This document shows positions 21,726-32,285 of a DNA stretch of 64,000 bases, one piece after another (the first letter of the stretch is position 1; every line of letters starts with the position of its first letter). The notes beneath the pieces are model-generated. The model made no database searches. It saw only the letters and a program-made list of their open reading frames with translations, and was not told where the DNA came from. Made by a program: the position numbers and the translations under genes. The DNA is from an uncultured Planctomycetota bacterium (GTDB lineage Bacteria > Planctomycetota > Planctomycetia > Gemmatales > Gemmataceae). The DNA lies in contig CAWKHF010000009.1 of NCBI GenBank assembly GCA_963849325.1, forward strand, positions 192,001-256,000. Reading direction: 5' to 3'.

Positions 21726-21845
21726 GAGTCCCCACGCTCCGCGTGGGGACCGACGTCCGGACGCTCTGCGTCCCGTTCGCGCGTTGCGCTTGACGGGACG
21801 AGGAGCGTGCCAGACGGCGTTCCCACGCGGAGCGTGGGAACCAGG
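21726..21845. repeat. REP doublet (REPIN-like) element
   Basis: Two inverted hairpins gtccccacgctccgcgtggggac and gttcccacgcggagcgtgggaac flanking an inner inverted pair ggacgctctgcgtcccgt / acgggacgaggagcgtgcc. Confidence 0.8.
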
Positions 21846-21881
21846 AATCATCACGGAAAACTTTGTCGAAAGGATTAGACC

Positions 21882-22736
21882 ATGACGAATCGTCGTGGCT
21901 TCACGCTGATCGAGTTGTTGGTGGTGATCGCCATCATCGCCGTCTTGATCGGCCTGTTGCTGCCGGCCGTGCAAAAAGTGCGCGAGGCGGCCAGCCGGGC
22001 CTCTTGCAACAACAACCTGAAGCAACTGGGCCTCGGGGCCCACAACTTCAGCAGCACGTTCGGCTATCTGCCGACCGAATACGTCCCCAACCCCGACCAG
22101 CCGCCGCTCGACCCGGGTTATCCGTATCCGGACCAGGACTGGCACGTCCAGATAATGGCCTACATAGAACAGCAGAACGAAGTGCGGAATATAAATGGCG
22201 TACTGACGCCCGTGAATGCCGCGACGGACACGCTGAAACTCTTTCTCTGCCCAAGTCGGGGCATTCGGGCGGGGCAGGCCTCTCCGAATGCAGCATCGGC
22301 AACGCCTCCTTATGGAGGAATCAGCGACTACGGCTACTACGTTCTTGTCCCCTGGGACGTTGCCGGTGCCCAGTGCATCCTCTGGAGCCCCACGGGGGTC
22401 GGCCTGTCGCAGATCAGCAACGCGAACGGCTCCTCCAACACGGCGCTGCTGTCTCACCTGGGCGTCAATCCGGTGGAGTATGGGTATGGCCCCACCACCT
22501 GGTACAATTGTAACAATGCAACGGGCGGCGCCAGCGTGCCGGACAGCCAGATGCCGACCGGTGCGTACCTGTCGCCCAATAGCTATTCTCCTCCCGACCT
22601 GAGTTCGCCGCACCCGGGCGTCAACTTGGTTCTCTTCGCGGATGCCCACGTCCAGTCGATCACCCACGCCTGGCTCACGCAGTATCAAAATCAGGTTTGG
22701 TCCTGGCAGAACGCGACCCCGATCCAGCAACCCTGA
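21882..22736 (+). CDS. DUF1559 prepilin-like protein
   Basis: [57 protein letters not shown]. Confidence 0.92.
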   Translation: MTNRRGFTLIELLVVIAIIAVLIGLLLPAVQKVREAASRASCNNNLKQLGLGAHNFSSTFGYLPTEYVPNPDQPPLDPGYPYPDQDWHVQIMAYIEQQNEVRNINGVLTPVNAATDTLKLFLCPSRGIRAGQASPNAASATPPYGGISDYGYYVLVPWDVAGAQCILWSPTGVGLSQISNANGSSNTALLSHLGVNPVEYGYGPTTWYNCNNATGGASVPDSQMPTGAYLSPNSYSPPDLSSPHPGVNLVLFADAHVQSITHAWLTQYQNQVWSWQNATPIQQP

Positions 22737-22883
22737 GACACCGATCGGCTGTCGTGCTCCTGTTGCCGCGAGGAATCGAGACGGTGAGTGGAGGCGCGGA
22801 GGACAGAATGGTATAGTGATCCCTGGCTCTCCGCGTCCGCGCAGCCGTATTTCGTCGCTCCAACCCGAGAGGTCCTTGTCATC

Positions 22884-24170
22884 ATGCCACCGCGATCTCG
22901 CAACCGGCGTTTCGTTCTCCTCCTCCCCGCCTTGATGCTCGCCAGCGCCCCGGTCGGCGCCGGCGACTGGCCGCGCTTCCGCGGTCCCAACGGCACCGGC
23001 ATCGCCGCCGATAAGGACGTTCCCGTGAAGTGGACGGCCGCCGACGGCGTCCTGTGGAAGACGGCCCTGCCCGGCATCGGCCACTCCTCGCCGATCGTCC
23101 ACGGCGGACGGGTCTTCCTGGAATCGGCGTCGAAGGACGGCCAATCGCGCTGGCTGCTCGCTCTCGACGCCGCCACCGGACGCCTCCTCTGGAAAACGCC
23201 CTCACCCGGTCAGGCCGCCCGGAAGCATCCTCTCAACTCGTTCGCCTCCTCGACGCCGGCCACCGATGGCGAACGAGTCTACGCCCTCTTCTGGGACGGC
23301 AAGAACATCCACCTGGGCGCCTACGCCTTTGCGGACGGCAAGCCCGTCTGGGAGAAAGACCTGGGCCGCTTCACCAGCCAGCATGGCGTCGGCCATTCGC
23401 CCATGCTGGTTGACGGCAAGGTCATCCTGGCCAACGATCAGGACGGGTCGGCGCACCTGTTGGCCTTCGACGCCAAAACCGGCGACAAGGCATGGGAGAG
23501 CGAGCGCAAGGCCTTCCGCACCTGCTACTCGACGCCCTTCGTCAACGTCCGGCCGGACGGCAAGAAGGAGTTGATCGTCGCCAGCACGGCCGGCGTCACC
23601 GGCTACAATCCGGCCGACGGCTCGGCCAACTGGTGGTACACGTGGTCGTTCACGGGCATGGCCCTGCGAACGGTGGCGTCGCCGATCGCGTCGGGCGGAC
23701 TCGTCTTCGCCAACAGCGGCGACGGCTCCGGGGCGCGGCACACCATCGCCGTCAAGCTCGGCGGCAAGGGCGACGTTACCTCCACCAACTTCGTCTGGGA
23801 GAACCGCGCGAAGTATCCGTTCTCGTATGTGCCGTGCCTTCTGGCGCGGGGGGACTACCTCTACAACCTGCAGGACAAGGGCGGCATGGCGTCCTGCCAC
23901 GTCGCCGCCACCGGCGAGGAGGTCTGGCGCGAACGGCTGGGCAGCGCCGGTTTCACCGCCTCGCCGATCCTGGTGGACGGCAAGATTTACGCCGCCGCCG
24001 AGGACGGTACGGTGTACGTCTTCGAGGCGGCGCCGAAGTTCAAGCTCCTGGCCAAGAACACGATCGGCGAAGCCATTTCGTCCACGCCAGCCGTGGCCGA
24101 CAATCGCCTGTTCATCCGCGGCCAGCAACATCTGTTCTGTATCGGCAAAACGGTGGCCAAGGGGCAGTAA
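22884..24170 (+). CDS. PQQ-like (BamB-type) beta-propeller protein
   Basis: Signal peptide, DWPRFRGPNGTG, GHSSPIV, ASSTPATDGERVY, TASPILVDGKIY, STPAVADNRLFIR. Confidence 0.9.
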   Translation: MPPRSRNRRFVLLLPALMLASAPVGAGDWPRFRGPNGTGIAADKDVPVKWTAADGVLWKTALPGIGHSSPIVHGGRVFLESASKDGQSRWLLALDAATGRLLWKTPSPGQAARKHPLNSFASSTPATDGERVYALFWDGKNIHLGAYAFADGKPVWEKDLGRFTSQHGVGHSPMLVDGKVILANDQDGSAHLLAFDAKTGDKAWESERKAFRTCYSTPFVNVRPDGKKELIVASTAGVTGYNPADGSANWWYTWSFTGMALRTVASPIASGGLVFANSGDGSGARHTIAVKLGGKGDVTSTNFVWENRAKYPFSYVPCLLARGDYLYNLQDKGGMASCHVAATGEEVWRERLGSAGFTASPILVDGKIYAAAEDGTVYVFEAAPKFKLLAKNTIGEAISSTPAVADNRLFIRGQQHLFCIGKTVAKGQ

Positions 24171-24223
24171 GCCCGGCGTATCGGCGGTCTGGCGTGTCTC
24201 GTCTATCGGAAGGAGTGCAAGCG

Positions 24224-24664
24224 ATGAAACGTCTGCTGGTCGTGCTGCTCGTGGGCCTGGGTGTACTGGCGGTCGCCGTTCCCCTGGCCTACGCGGAAAA
24301 GGCCGATAAGGGAGAGAAAAAGGTGGATAGACGCGTCTTCGAACTGCGGACGTACACGGCCGCGCCGGGCAAGATGGACGCCCTCAACGCCCGCTTCCGC
24401 AACCACACGAATCGGCTGTTCGAGAAGCATGGCATGACGATCGTCGGCTTCTGGATGCCGACGACGCAGAAGGAGGGCGAGGAGAAACTGATTTACATCC
24501 TCGCCTATCCGAGCCGGCAGGCCGCAGAACGGAGCTGGAAGGCGTTCCAGGGCGATCCTGAATGGCAGAAGGTCCGTAAGGAGTCCGAGAAGGACGGCAA
24601 ACTGCTGGCGCGGCCGCCGGAGTCGGTGTACATGGAACCCACCGATTATTCGCCGCTAAAGTAA
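24224..24664 (+). CDS. NIPSNAP-family protein (exported)
   Basis: FELRTY..PGKMDALNARFRNHT..LIYILAY..WKAFQGDPEW..PTDYSPLK. Confidence 0.88.
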   Translation: MKRLLVVLLVGLGVLAVAVPLAYAEKADKGEKKVDRRVFELRTYTAAPGKMDALNARFRNHTNRLFEKHGMTIVGFWMPTTQKEGEEKLIYILAYPSRQAAERSWKAFQGDPEWQKVRKESEKDGKLLARPPESVYMEPTDYSPLK

Positions 24665-24672
24665 CTTCAATC

Positions 24673-24755
24673 AATGAACCACGGATGAACACAGATGAAC
24701 ACGGATAAAACATAAATGAATATCTGTGTTTATCCGTGTTCATCTGTGGTTCATT
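24673..24755. repeat. Inverted array of a 10-bp unit (ACACRGATGA)
   Basis: aatgaaccacggatgaacacagatgaacacggata ... tatctgtgtttatccgtgttcatctgtggttcatt. Confidence 0.88.
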
Positions 24756-24773
24756 TTCTTTCTCTATTTATTC

Positions 24774-26672
24774 ATGTCCCTCGATCATCTCCAACGTCTC
24801 GCCGAGTTGCTCGAACTCGAATCGGAAGCCGAGGCGCGGCAAATCCTGGAGCGAGTGCGTCGCCACAAGGGGAGCGCGGCCGAGCAGAGCGGCGATTGCC
24901 TTGTCGATCTCCTCGTCCGCGACGAGTACGCGGGACTGGGCGGTCGCTCACTTCTGACGCTGGGCAAGCGCAAGGAGAATCAGCCGTTGCCGTGGACACG
25001 CCTGCAAGCGGGCACGCCCGTGCTGCTGTCGCCACAGGCCGGAGGCCATAAGAACTGGCGAGGCGTTGTCAGCGAGCGCGGCGATACGTTCCTTCGCGTC
25101 GCGTTCGACGAACTACCCGACGAGGAGCGCGAGCAAGCCCTGTATCGCCTCGATCTCGCCCACGACGAGGCGGCCCGGATGCGCCAGCGTCAGGCGCTGG
25201 ACCGCGCCCGCACGGCGCGCGGCGACCGCCTCGCCGAGCTGCGCGGCGTGTTGCTCGGTGAGACGCCGCCGTCGTTCGCTCCGTTGTCCGATTTCGTTCC
25301 GCTGGACGCCTCCCTGAACGAATCGCAGCGCGAGGCCGTGCGCTTGGGCCTGGCCGCAAAGGATGTCGCCGTCATCCACGGGCCGCCAGGCACCGGCAAG
25401 ACGACGACGGTGGTCGAACTGATCCGCCAGGCCGTGCGCCGCGGCGACAAGGTACTGGTCTGTGCCCCGAGCAACCTCGCGGTCGATAACCTGCTCGAAC
25501 GCCTGCTGGCTCACGGTGAGCCAGCCGTCCGCCTGGGCCATCCCGCTCGTGTATTGCCGCAGCTGCGCGAGCATACGCTTGACCTGATGGTCGAGAACCA
25601 CGCCAACGTCAAGCTGGCCCGCAAGTTCGCCAAGGAGGCGTTCGCCCTGTTTCGGCAAGCCCGCAAGTGGACGCGGGCACGCCCCGAGCCGGGCGCCGGC
25701 GCGACCAGCGTCAGGAAGCGCGAGCGCTGCTGGCCGACGCTCGCCGCCTGGAAGGCCAGGCGGTCGAGAGCATCCTGAATGCGGCCCCCATCCTCTGCTC
25801 GACGACGACGGGACTGGACAGCGCGATCATCGGCCGCCGGCCGTTCGACGTACTGGTCCTTGATGAGGCGTGTCAGACGACCGAGCCGGGTTGCTGGGTG
25901 CCGTTGTTGCGCTCGGCGCGCCTCGTGCTCGCCGGCGATCACTGCCAATTGCCGCCGACCGTGCTGTCGCGGGAGGCCGTTGGCCGGGGCTTCGGCGTCA
26001 GTCTGCTCGAACGACTGGTGGCCCTGTACGGCAACGTGGTGACGCGCCGCCTCGACGTGCAGTATCGCATGAACGAAGCCATCATGGGCTTTTCCTCGCG
26101 CGAGTTCTACGACGACGAGTTGGTCGCCGACTCTACCGTGGCCGGGCATCGCCTGTGCGACTTGCCTGGTGTGCGGGCGGAGCCGCTGACCGAGCAGCCG
26201 GTGCAGTTTCTCGACACGGCCGGCGCAGGCTACGACGAGGAAGTCGAACCCGACGGTGAAAGTCGGCTCAACCCGCAGGAGGCGTCCCTGGTCGCGCGCA
26301 AGGTCCACGCCCTTGTGGGGGCCGGCGTCTCGCCCGCGGACATCGCCGTGATCGCCCCCTACGCCGCCCAGGTGCGCCGTCTGCGCGAGCTACTGCCGTT
26401 GCCCGGACTGGAAATTGACAGCGTGGACGGCTTTCAGGGACGCGAGAAGGAGGCGGTTGTTTTGTCGCTGGTCCGCAGCAACGTCGAGGGTGAGATCGGC
26501 TTTCTCGCCGACGTGCGCCGTCTGAACGTGGCCCTGACGCGCGCCCGCCGCAAGCTGCTCGTCATCGGCGACAGCGCCACGCTCTCCGTCTTACCGTTCT
26601 ATCGGCGTTTGTTCGAGTATTTCGAGGAAATCGGGCGCGTATCAAACGGTGTGGACGGAACAGATGCCGTAA
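24774..26672 (+). CDS. SF1 helicase, Upf1/IGHMBP2(SMUBP-2)-like; indels ~25700 and ~26632
   Basis: LNESQREAV, HGPPGTGKTTT, CAPSNLAVDNL, DEACQ, AGDHCQLPPTV, QYRMN, DGFQGREKEA, RRLNVALTRARRKL. Confidence 0.9.
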
Positions 26673-26704
26673 GGCTCCGCCGGTCGGGCTTTTCGGCATA
26701 CTTG

Positions 26705-26908
26705 TCACGTCTGAGGTTCTTGGACGAGCCGCGCGAGGATTTCTGCTGCTGGTATCCACACCACCGCCCCGTCCTGCCAGGTCGCCATCGGCAACCCCGC
26801 TTGGGCGTGCCGGCGAACCGCTTCCTGGAACGCTCGACGCAAGGCCGCCTCAACCAGCGCGGGATTCGAGAGAAGTGCCGTAATCGAAGGTCTATCCTGT
26901 TCGCTCAT
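26705..26908 (-). CDS. Small protein coupled to the zeta-like ATPase (possible antitoxin)
   Basis: 67 aa, ALRRAFQEAVRRHAQAGLPMATWQDGAVVWIPAAEI; TAATG overlap with the upstream gene. Confidence 0.65.
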   Translation of the reverse strand: MSEQDRPSITALLSNPALVEAALRRAFQEAVRRHAQAGLPMATWQDGAVVWIPAAEILARLVQEPQT

Positions 26909-27496
26909 TATGCCCTACCTTGTATCTGCCGCCATGTCTCGTTCCATCAATCCGGTTTCATTCCCCTGACGCATCGCCTTGAGCGACCAGCTGCGGAACA
27001 GCGATGACGCTGTTGTCATAAACTTGCCAGTAGCTTGACCAAAGGGCGATAGAGCCGAAAAAAGTTCGAGAGACTGCGCGGGTAACGTCGGCGAATTGTT
27101 ACTTCCGGTATGTTGTGTCCACCCATTCGCACCCGATCTGCCACTCGAGCAACGGCCAGGTCCGCGCTCTTCAACCAGAAGTATAGCAGATGAACAACGT
27201 AGCCTGTCTGTCGCAGATCCTCCAGCCAGGCGAGCGAGAGTTCGCCCGGCCAGGGTCGTCTCGAATGCGAAATCGGCACGCTGCTCGGCGAGGGCGTGCA
27301 ATCGCTCCAACATAATGCGGCTCGCCTCAAGGGCCGCGCTCTCGGGATCGAACCCGGCCAATCCCTGAGCGATGACGTCGGCATTGACGAAGGTCATCAC
27401 CTGGAGCGTCTCGGCCAGCAGCGTGCGCGCGGCGGTCGTCTTTCCCGCTCCGTTGGGACCGGCCAGCACGATCAGACTGGGAGAAGCCTCCGCCAT
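26908..27496 (-). CDS. Zeta-toxin-like P-loop ATPase/kinase; several indels
   Basis: LAGPNGAGKTT, FVNADVIAQGL, FAFETTLAG, LAVARVADRVRMGGHNIPE..RRRYPRS, WQVYDNS. Confidence 0.8.
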
Positions 27497-27510
27497 CCGC
27501 CCGACCTTTC

Positions 27511-30500
27511 TCACCCTCCACCCCAGCCCGGCGCCAGCAGAGCGGTCATCCGATCGAGATTGCGGATCTTCTGACCCCCCATCCATTCCTCGGCCTGTCG
27601 CCGCAATTCCTGTCCCTGCCGTTCCCTCCAGCAGCTGTGCCTGTCGGCGTCGCGCGGCGGCGGCATACAAGTGCATGTCCGTCGCCGTGAGGGCGACCGT
27701 CGCGGCGGCGAGGAGTTGCCGCGAACGCTCGGCATCGCCGCGTCGAAACGCGACGGCGGCCTCGACGAGTTGAGCCAGTGCGCTCGGCCCACGGCGCTCT
27801 CTCACGCCGCAGCGCCCGCGCATCGCGTGCGGCGGCGCGGAGCCAGAACGTCCGCGTCCTTGGTGCCGACCGCAAACGCCAGGGCCGAACGCGCTCGCAA
27901 ATGGAGCATAAGGATGCGGACTTGCTGCACGCGCAGCATATGCGACCGTTGCAGTGCCGGCCACTCGTCCGCCAGGCGACGCCAGGCGGTCGCGCCGTCG
28001 CCCAGGTACAGGTCGATTTGCACGTCGTCGAACAGGCGATTCATGTGCTGGACGTGAAAGCCCTGGTGCGACCACTTCGCCATGACCTCAGCCAGTTCGG
28101 AACGGGCGCGCTCCGGCTCGTCGGCGGCCAGGCGAAGGAAGGTGCGGATGACCAGGCTCAGGTTCGTTTCCTCATACAAGTCATCGCGTTCGCGGGCTTC
28201 CTTGAGCAAACGCGGCAGGCGGCGGTTGATCTCGACCACGTCGCCCATGAGCATGAGCGGCCACAGAGCGAAGCGATGCGCCGTGCCCAACTCCCAGAGG
28301 CCCCGGTACACGAGTCGCGCAGAATGCGCTCGGTCTCGTCGCAGAGGCGTAGCCCGTCGCGCCATTCGCCGGCGAGGGCCGCCGCCAGACCGCGGGCCAG
28401 TGCGACGATGGCGTGGACGTAGGGGCGATTGGCCCGCTGGGCCAGGTCCTGCGCGGTTTGAAGGAAGTGCGCCGTCCGCCGCCGATTGAAGCTGCCGGCT
28501 ACCGAAAGATGGGCGGCCTCCATCGCCAGGGCGGTCCCCAGGTGCTCGACCTCGCCCAGTCGCAGCGCCAGCAGCAGGCCGCGCGTCTGGAAGTAGGCGC
28601 CTTGCAAGGTATCGACCATGCTCAAGCCGATGGCGGCGGACTGGCAAATGTCCAGACGAGTCAGCTCGGTGGGATCGATCTGCTCGGCGGAGTGCGTGTG
28701 GAAGCGGATGCCGCGCAGGTACAGGCGGACGCGCTGAAAGACCAGCGACCAGAAGGCGCGGCGCGGCGTGGGCAGCAGGCGCAGCCCAACCGCATCGAGC
28801 ACGGTGCGCAGCGTGGCCAGGCCGTCGTCGATGTGGCCGCTGCGCAAGAATTGCAGGGCGGCCAGGCGCTGCAGTTCGAGCGTCTCGGAGGGTTCGGCGC
28901 CGGTTGTGGCCGCCAGGTACGCCCGCGCCGATTCGGCGCCGCGGCCGGCGTTGGCCAGAGCCTCGGCCAACTGCGTTCGCAGCCGGCGCTCTTCTTCCGG
29001 CCCGGGGGCTTGCAGTTCCAGGACGAGGCGGTACAGCTTGGCGGCGCGGTCGAAGGCCAGGGCCTCGGCCGCCTGCGCCGCCGCCAGGGCGTAATAATGG
29101 CCGGCCCGCTCCTTGTCGCCGGCACCGACCAGGTGGACGGCCATCAACTCGGGATCGACCACTTCGGAGGACTCCAGCACCGTGACAAGGCGTCGGTGGT
29201 GTTGACGCAGCACGGCCGGGTCGAGATGGAGAAGCACGGTTTCGCGGATGCGATCGTGATAGGTCTCGATCTCGTTCTGTTCGCCTGGCCCACTACTGCG
29301 CAGCAAGCGGCCGCGCGCAGGCACGCGAGGGTCGTGTGTTCCTCGACGACCTCGGCGGCCCGGCAAGCATCCGCCTGCGACAGCGGCCGGCTGGCGACGG
29401 CGACAACCTCCAGAAGCCGCCGCGCCTCCTCGGGCAGCTGAAGGATGCGCGACCACAACACCTCACTGAGCGAGATGTCGCTGACCGAATCCGATGGCCG
29501 AGCGGCTCTCGGCGCCCGGCCCTGCACGAACTGCACCAGCTCGTAGACGAAGAAGGGGTAGCCGCCCGACTGACGGGCGATCGAGTCGGCGCGGGCCGCC
29601 GTGGTCTCGTCACGCGGATCGAGCAGGGCCAGGGCCAGCTCGCGTCGCTCCTCCGGCGTCAGCGGTTCGACGGGCAGATTGCGTCGATCCAGCCCGGCCA
29701 GCTCCGGCGTATTCCGCAGGGTTCGCAAGCAGGCGCTGCTGTTGCTCTCCTCGCTGCGATAGCACAGCAGCAGCAAGAGGGCCGGCGGATCGGGTGGACG
29801 CAGCAAATCGGCCAGCAAGGCCGCGCTGTCCTCATCGCCCCATTGCAGATCGTCAATGGCCAGAACGAGCGGCCGGCGGTCGCCCAGGCGGGCGAGCAGT
29901 TCGCGCAGCGCCGCCAGGGCGCGGCGGCGAACCTCCTGGGCGTCGGAGACATCCAGAACGCGCCGCGGCGCCTCCGTTACCGCGTTCAGGCGCCGCAGCA
30001 CCGGGAAAACGCGGGCCAGCGTCGCCAGGTCGCGCGGCCACAGTGCCTGCGCCTCCAGCGGCGGCAGACTGCTCCAGGTAGCGACTCAGGGCATCGACCA
30101 GGCTATCCAGTGCCTTGTAGGGCACCGATTCCTGCTCGTAGCATCGGCCCCGGAGCACCACGAGGTCGTCGCGCTCACCGAGGTCGTCGAGGAAGCGCTG
30201 CACCAGGGCGCTCTTGCCCGCTCCGGATCGACCTTGCACGTCTACCAGCACCGTCCCGCCGCGCCGCGTGTCCTCGAACGCATCGCTCAGCACCTGCAAA
30301 TGCCTCTGGCGGCCGATCAACGGCACCTCCAGCCGTCGCGGGGCCGGCTGCGGCTCCGCGGGCGCAGGCGAGTCTGTCAGCCGCGTCAACCGGCTCAGCA
30401 CGTCTCCTCCCGTCGGCCGTGCCTGCGGATCGCGGCGCAGCAGCTCCCGGCACAAGGTCGAGAGGTCCTCGGGCGTCCCCGGCAGTAGCTCGGACGGGGA

Positions 30501-31718
30501 AGGAGGGTCGAAATTCTGCTTTTTGTGCAGGATCTCGTAGCCCTCGCCCTCGTAGGGCAGCGTTCCGGTCAACGACTCATAGAGCAAGACGCCGACGGCG
30601 TACCAGTCGCTGGCCGGCGAGACCGGCTTGCGCGCCGCCTGCTCGGGGGCCATGTAGGCGATGGTCCCGAGCAGATGGACGCTGCGGTGTTGCTGATCGC
30701 GGTCCATCTCGGCGGCCAGGCCGAAGTCGAGCAGCGCGACGCGGCCCTTGAGTGTCACCAGCACGTTGCCCGGCTTGATGTCGCGGTGCAGCTTGCCCGA
30801 CTGGTGCAAGAAATGAACGCCGGCGGCCAGCTGGGCCAACGCCTGGCGTAGTCGTTCCTCCTGCTGGGGATTCAAGGGCGCCGGCCGACCCGAACGCGAA
30901 CCGCCCTCGGGCCGGACATCCAGCAGCGTCGGCAGGAGAGGCCGATCCGCTGCGTCCCCATGAACGTAGTCGAGAAAATCGACTCCCTCGACCAGCTCCA
31001 TGGTGAAGAACCAGTGCGCCCCGCCGCCGATCAGCTCATAGAGGGTGACGAGGTTGGGATGATTCAAACCGGCCAGGCTGCGGAATTCCTGCTTGAAGCG
31101 CAGCAGGGCGCGAGCGTCCATCGCCTGCATGGTCTTCAGGGCGACCATCCGCTGGCGCTTGCGGTCGAAGGCCTGGTAGACGACGCCCATGCCGCCATGC
31201 CCCAGTTCGCGGACCAGGTCAAAACCCGCGAAATCGGGCAGGCCGAGGGCTTCGGGGCAGGGCGGGGCGGTGAGGGTCGGCAGCGTCGCCCGGGACTCGG
31301 CTGGTTTCGTCGAGGGGCCGCGCGGCAGACCGCCTTCGGAAAACTTCGATCCGCCGGACCCACCCCCAAGGTGTTCGGCGAACTCGGGGAATCGTCGCAG
31401 GTATTCGTCCGGCTCCGGCGACTCCCCCGCTTGCCGGCGTAGTTGCATTTCCTGCCGGAGCAACTCGATCACTTGGTCGGGGTCGTCCCCCAGGGCCGGG
31501 AACATGCCGAGATACTCTTCGACCCGCGGCCGCTCGCCGCGCCGCCAGCGCTGGCGCTGATCGAAACGCAGCACTTCGCCTAGCTGCGCCGGGCGGAGTT
31601 CGCCGGCGTCGGCGAGGAAGCGACGCAGGTCGGGCGGCGGCTCCCGGTCCCACAGTTCGGCGAACTGCTCGGCCAAGTCCGGGTCGGAGCGCGGCGGCGT
31701 GTCGGCGGGTTTCGTCAT
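27511..31718 (-). CDS. Ser/Thr protein kinase - AAA/STAND-like ATPase - helical repeat protein; many indels
   Basis: Kinase LGHGGMGVVY, HRDIKPGN, DFGLA, GTIAYMAPE; P-loop GRSGAGKSAL, GRCYEQESVPY, IDDLQWGD; TYHDRIRE followed by TPR-like helices. Confidence 0.85.
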
Positions 31719-31913
31719 GATCGCCAGTCCCGTCCTGTGGCCGGACGGGCAACCGCGCTCGTCCGGACTTTTCTGGCCTCCATGATACTCAAGTGGCGAA
31801 CGAAACGCGCTGGCGGATAGCATATCACCGCGAAAAGAGGACCGCGACCTTCTGGAGTGGTCATGTCGCGGCGCGGCACCCGGAACGCGATCAGAATCAT
31901 CGAAAAGGAATTT

Positions 31914-31978
31914 CGTTTAGCCGCGACGCGCAGCGGAGCGCGGGGCTGTCGCGCTCCGCTGCGCGTCGCGGCTAAACG
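31914..31978. repeat. REP-like perfect palindrome (29-bp stem)
   Basis: cgtttagccgcgacgcgcagcggagcgcg-gggctgt-cgcgctccgctgcgcgtcgcggctaaacg. Confidence 0.9.
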
Positions 31979-32009
31979 GGGAAGGTATTTCGGAATGCGA
32001 CAACGGTCA

Positions 32010-32261
32010 TTATGGCCCGCCAACGGAAAAAATGACGGCCTCCTCCGGATAGGTGACTCCGGTTTGCACGATCAGAGCGAGGCTCGGTTCCTTGCCCAGG
32101 GCCGTCAAACGATCGCGGAGTTGAGCAAAGTTGTCCGCGTCCGCAAGGATTTGGCCCTCCGAGATGGCCACAAACCGGCCGGCCCCGAAGGTCGGCGCGA
32201 GCGTGTCCTTCAAGCGCTGATAGGCCGCGTGATTCACCGTGCGTTGTGTCAGTTCGTCCAT
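32010..32261 (-). CDS. Small DUF5678-like protein (83 aa)
   Basis: AAYQRLKDTL..GRFVAISEGQILADADNF pattern; ggaga RBS. Confidence 0.55.
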   Translation of the reverse strand: MDELTQRTVNHAAYQRLKDTLAPTFGAGRFVAISEGQILADADNFAQLRDRLTALGKEPSLALIVQTGVTYPEEAVIFSVGGP

Positions 32262-32285
32262 GGCGTTCTCCCCAACGAGACCGTT

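Noticed and set aside
20625-23144. Long antisense ORFs (e.g. 20625-23144, 33780-35741, 55036-56778, 7883-9433)
   Set aside because: Shadow frames of real genes in high-GC DNA, with no recognisable motifs.
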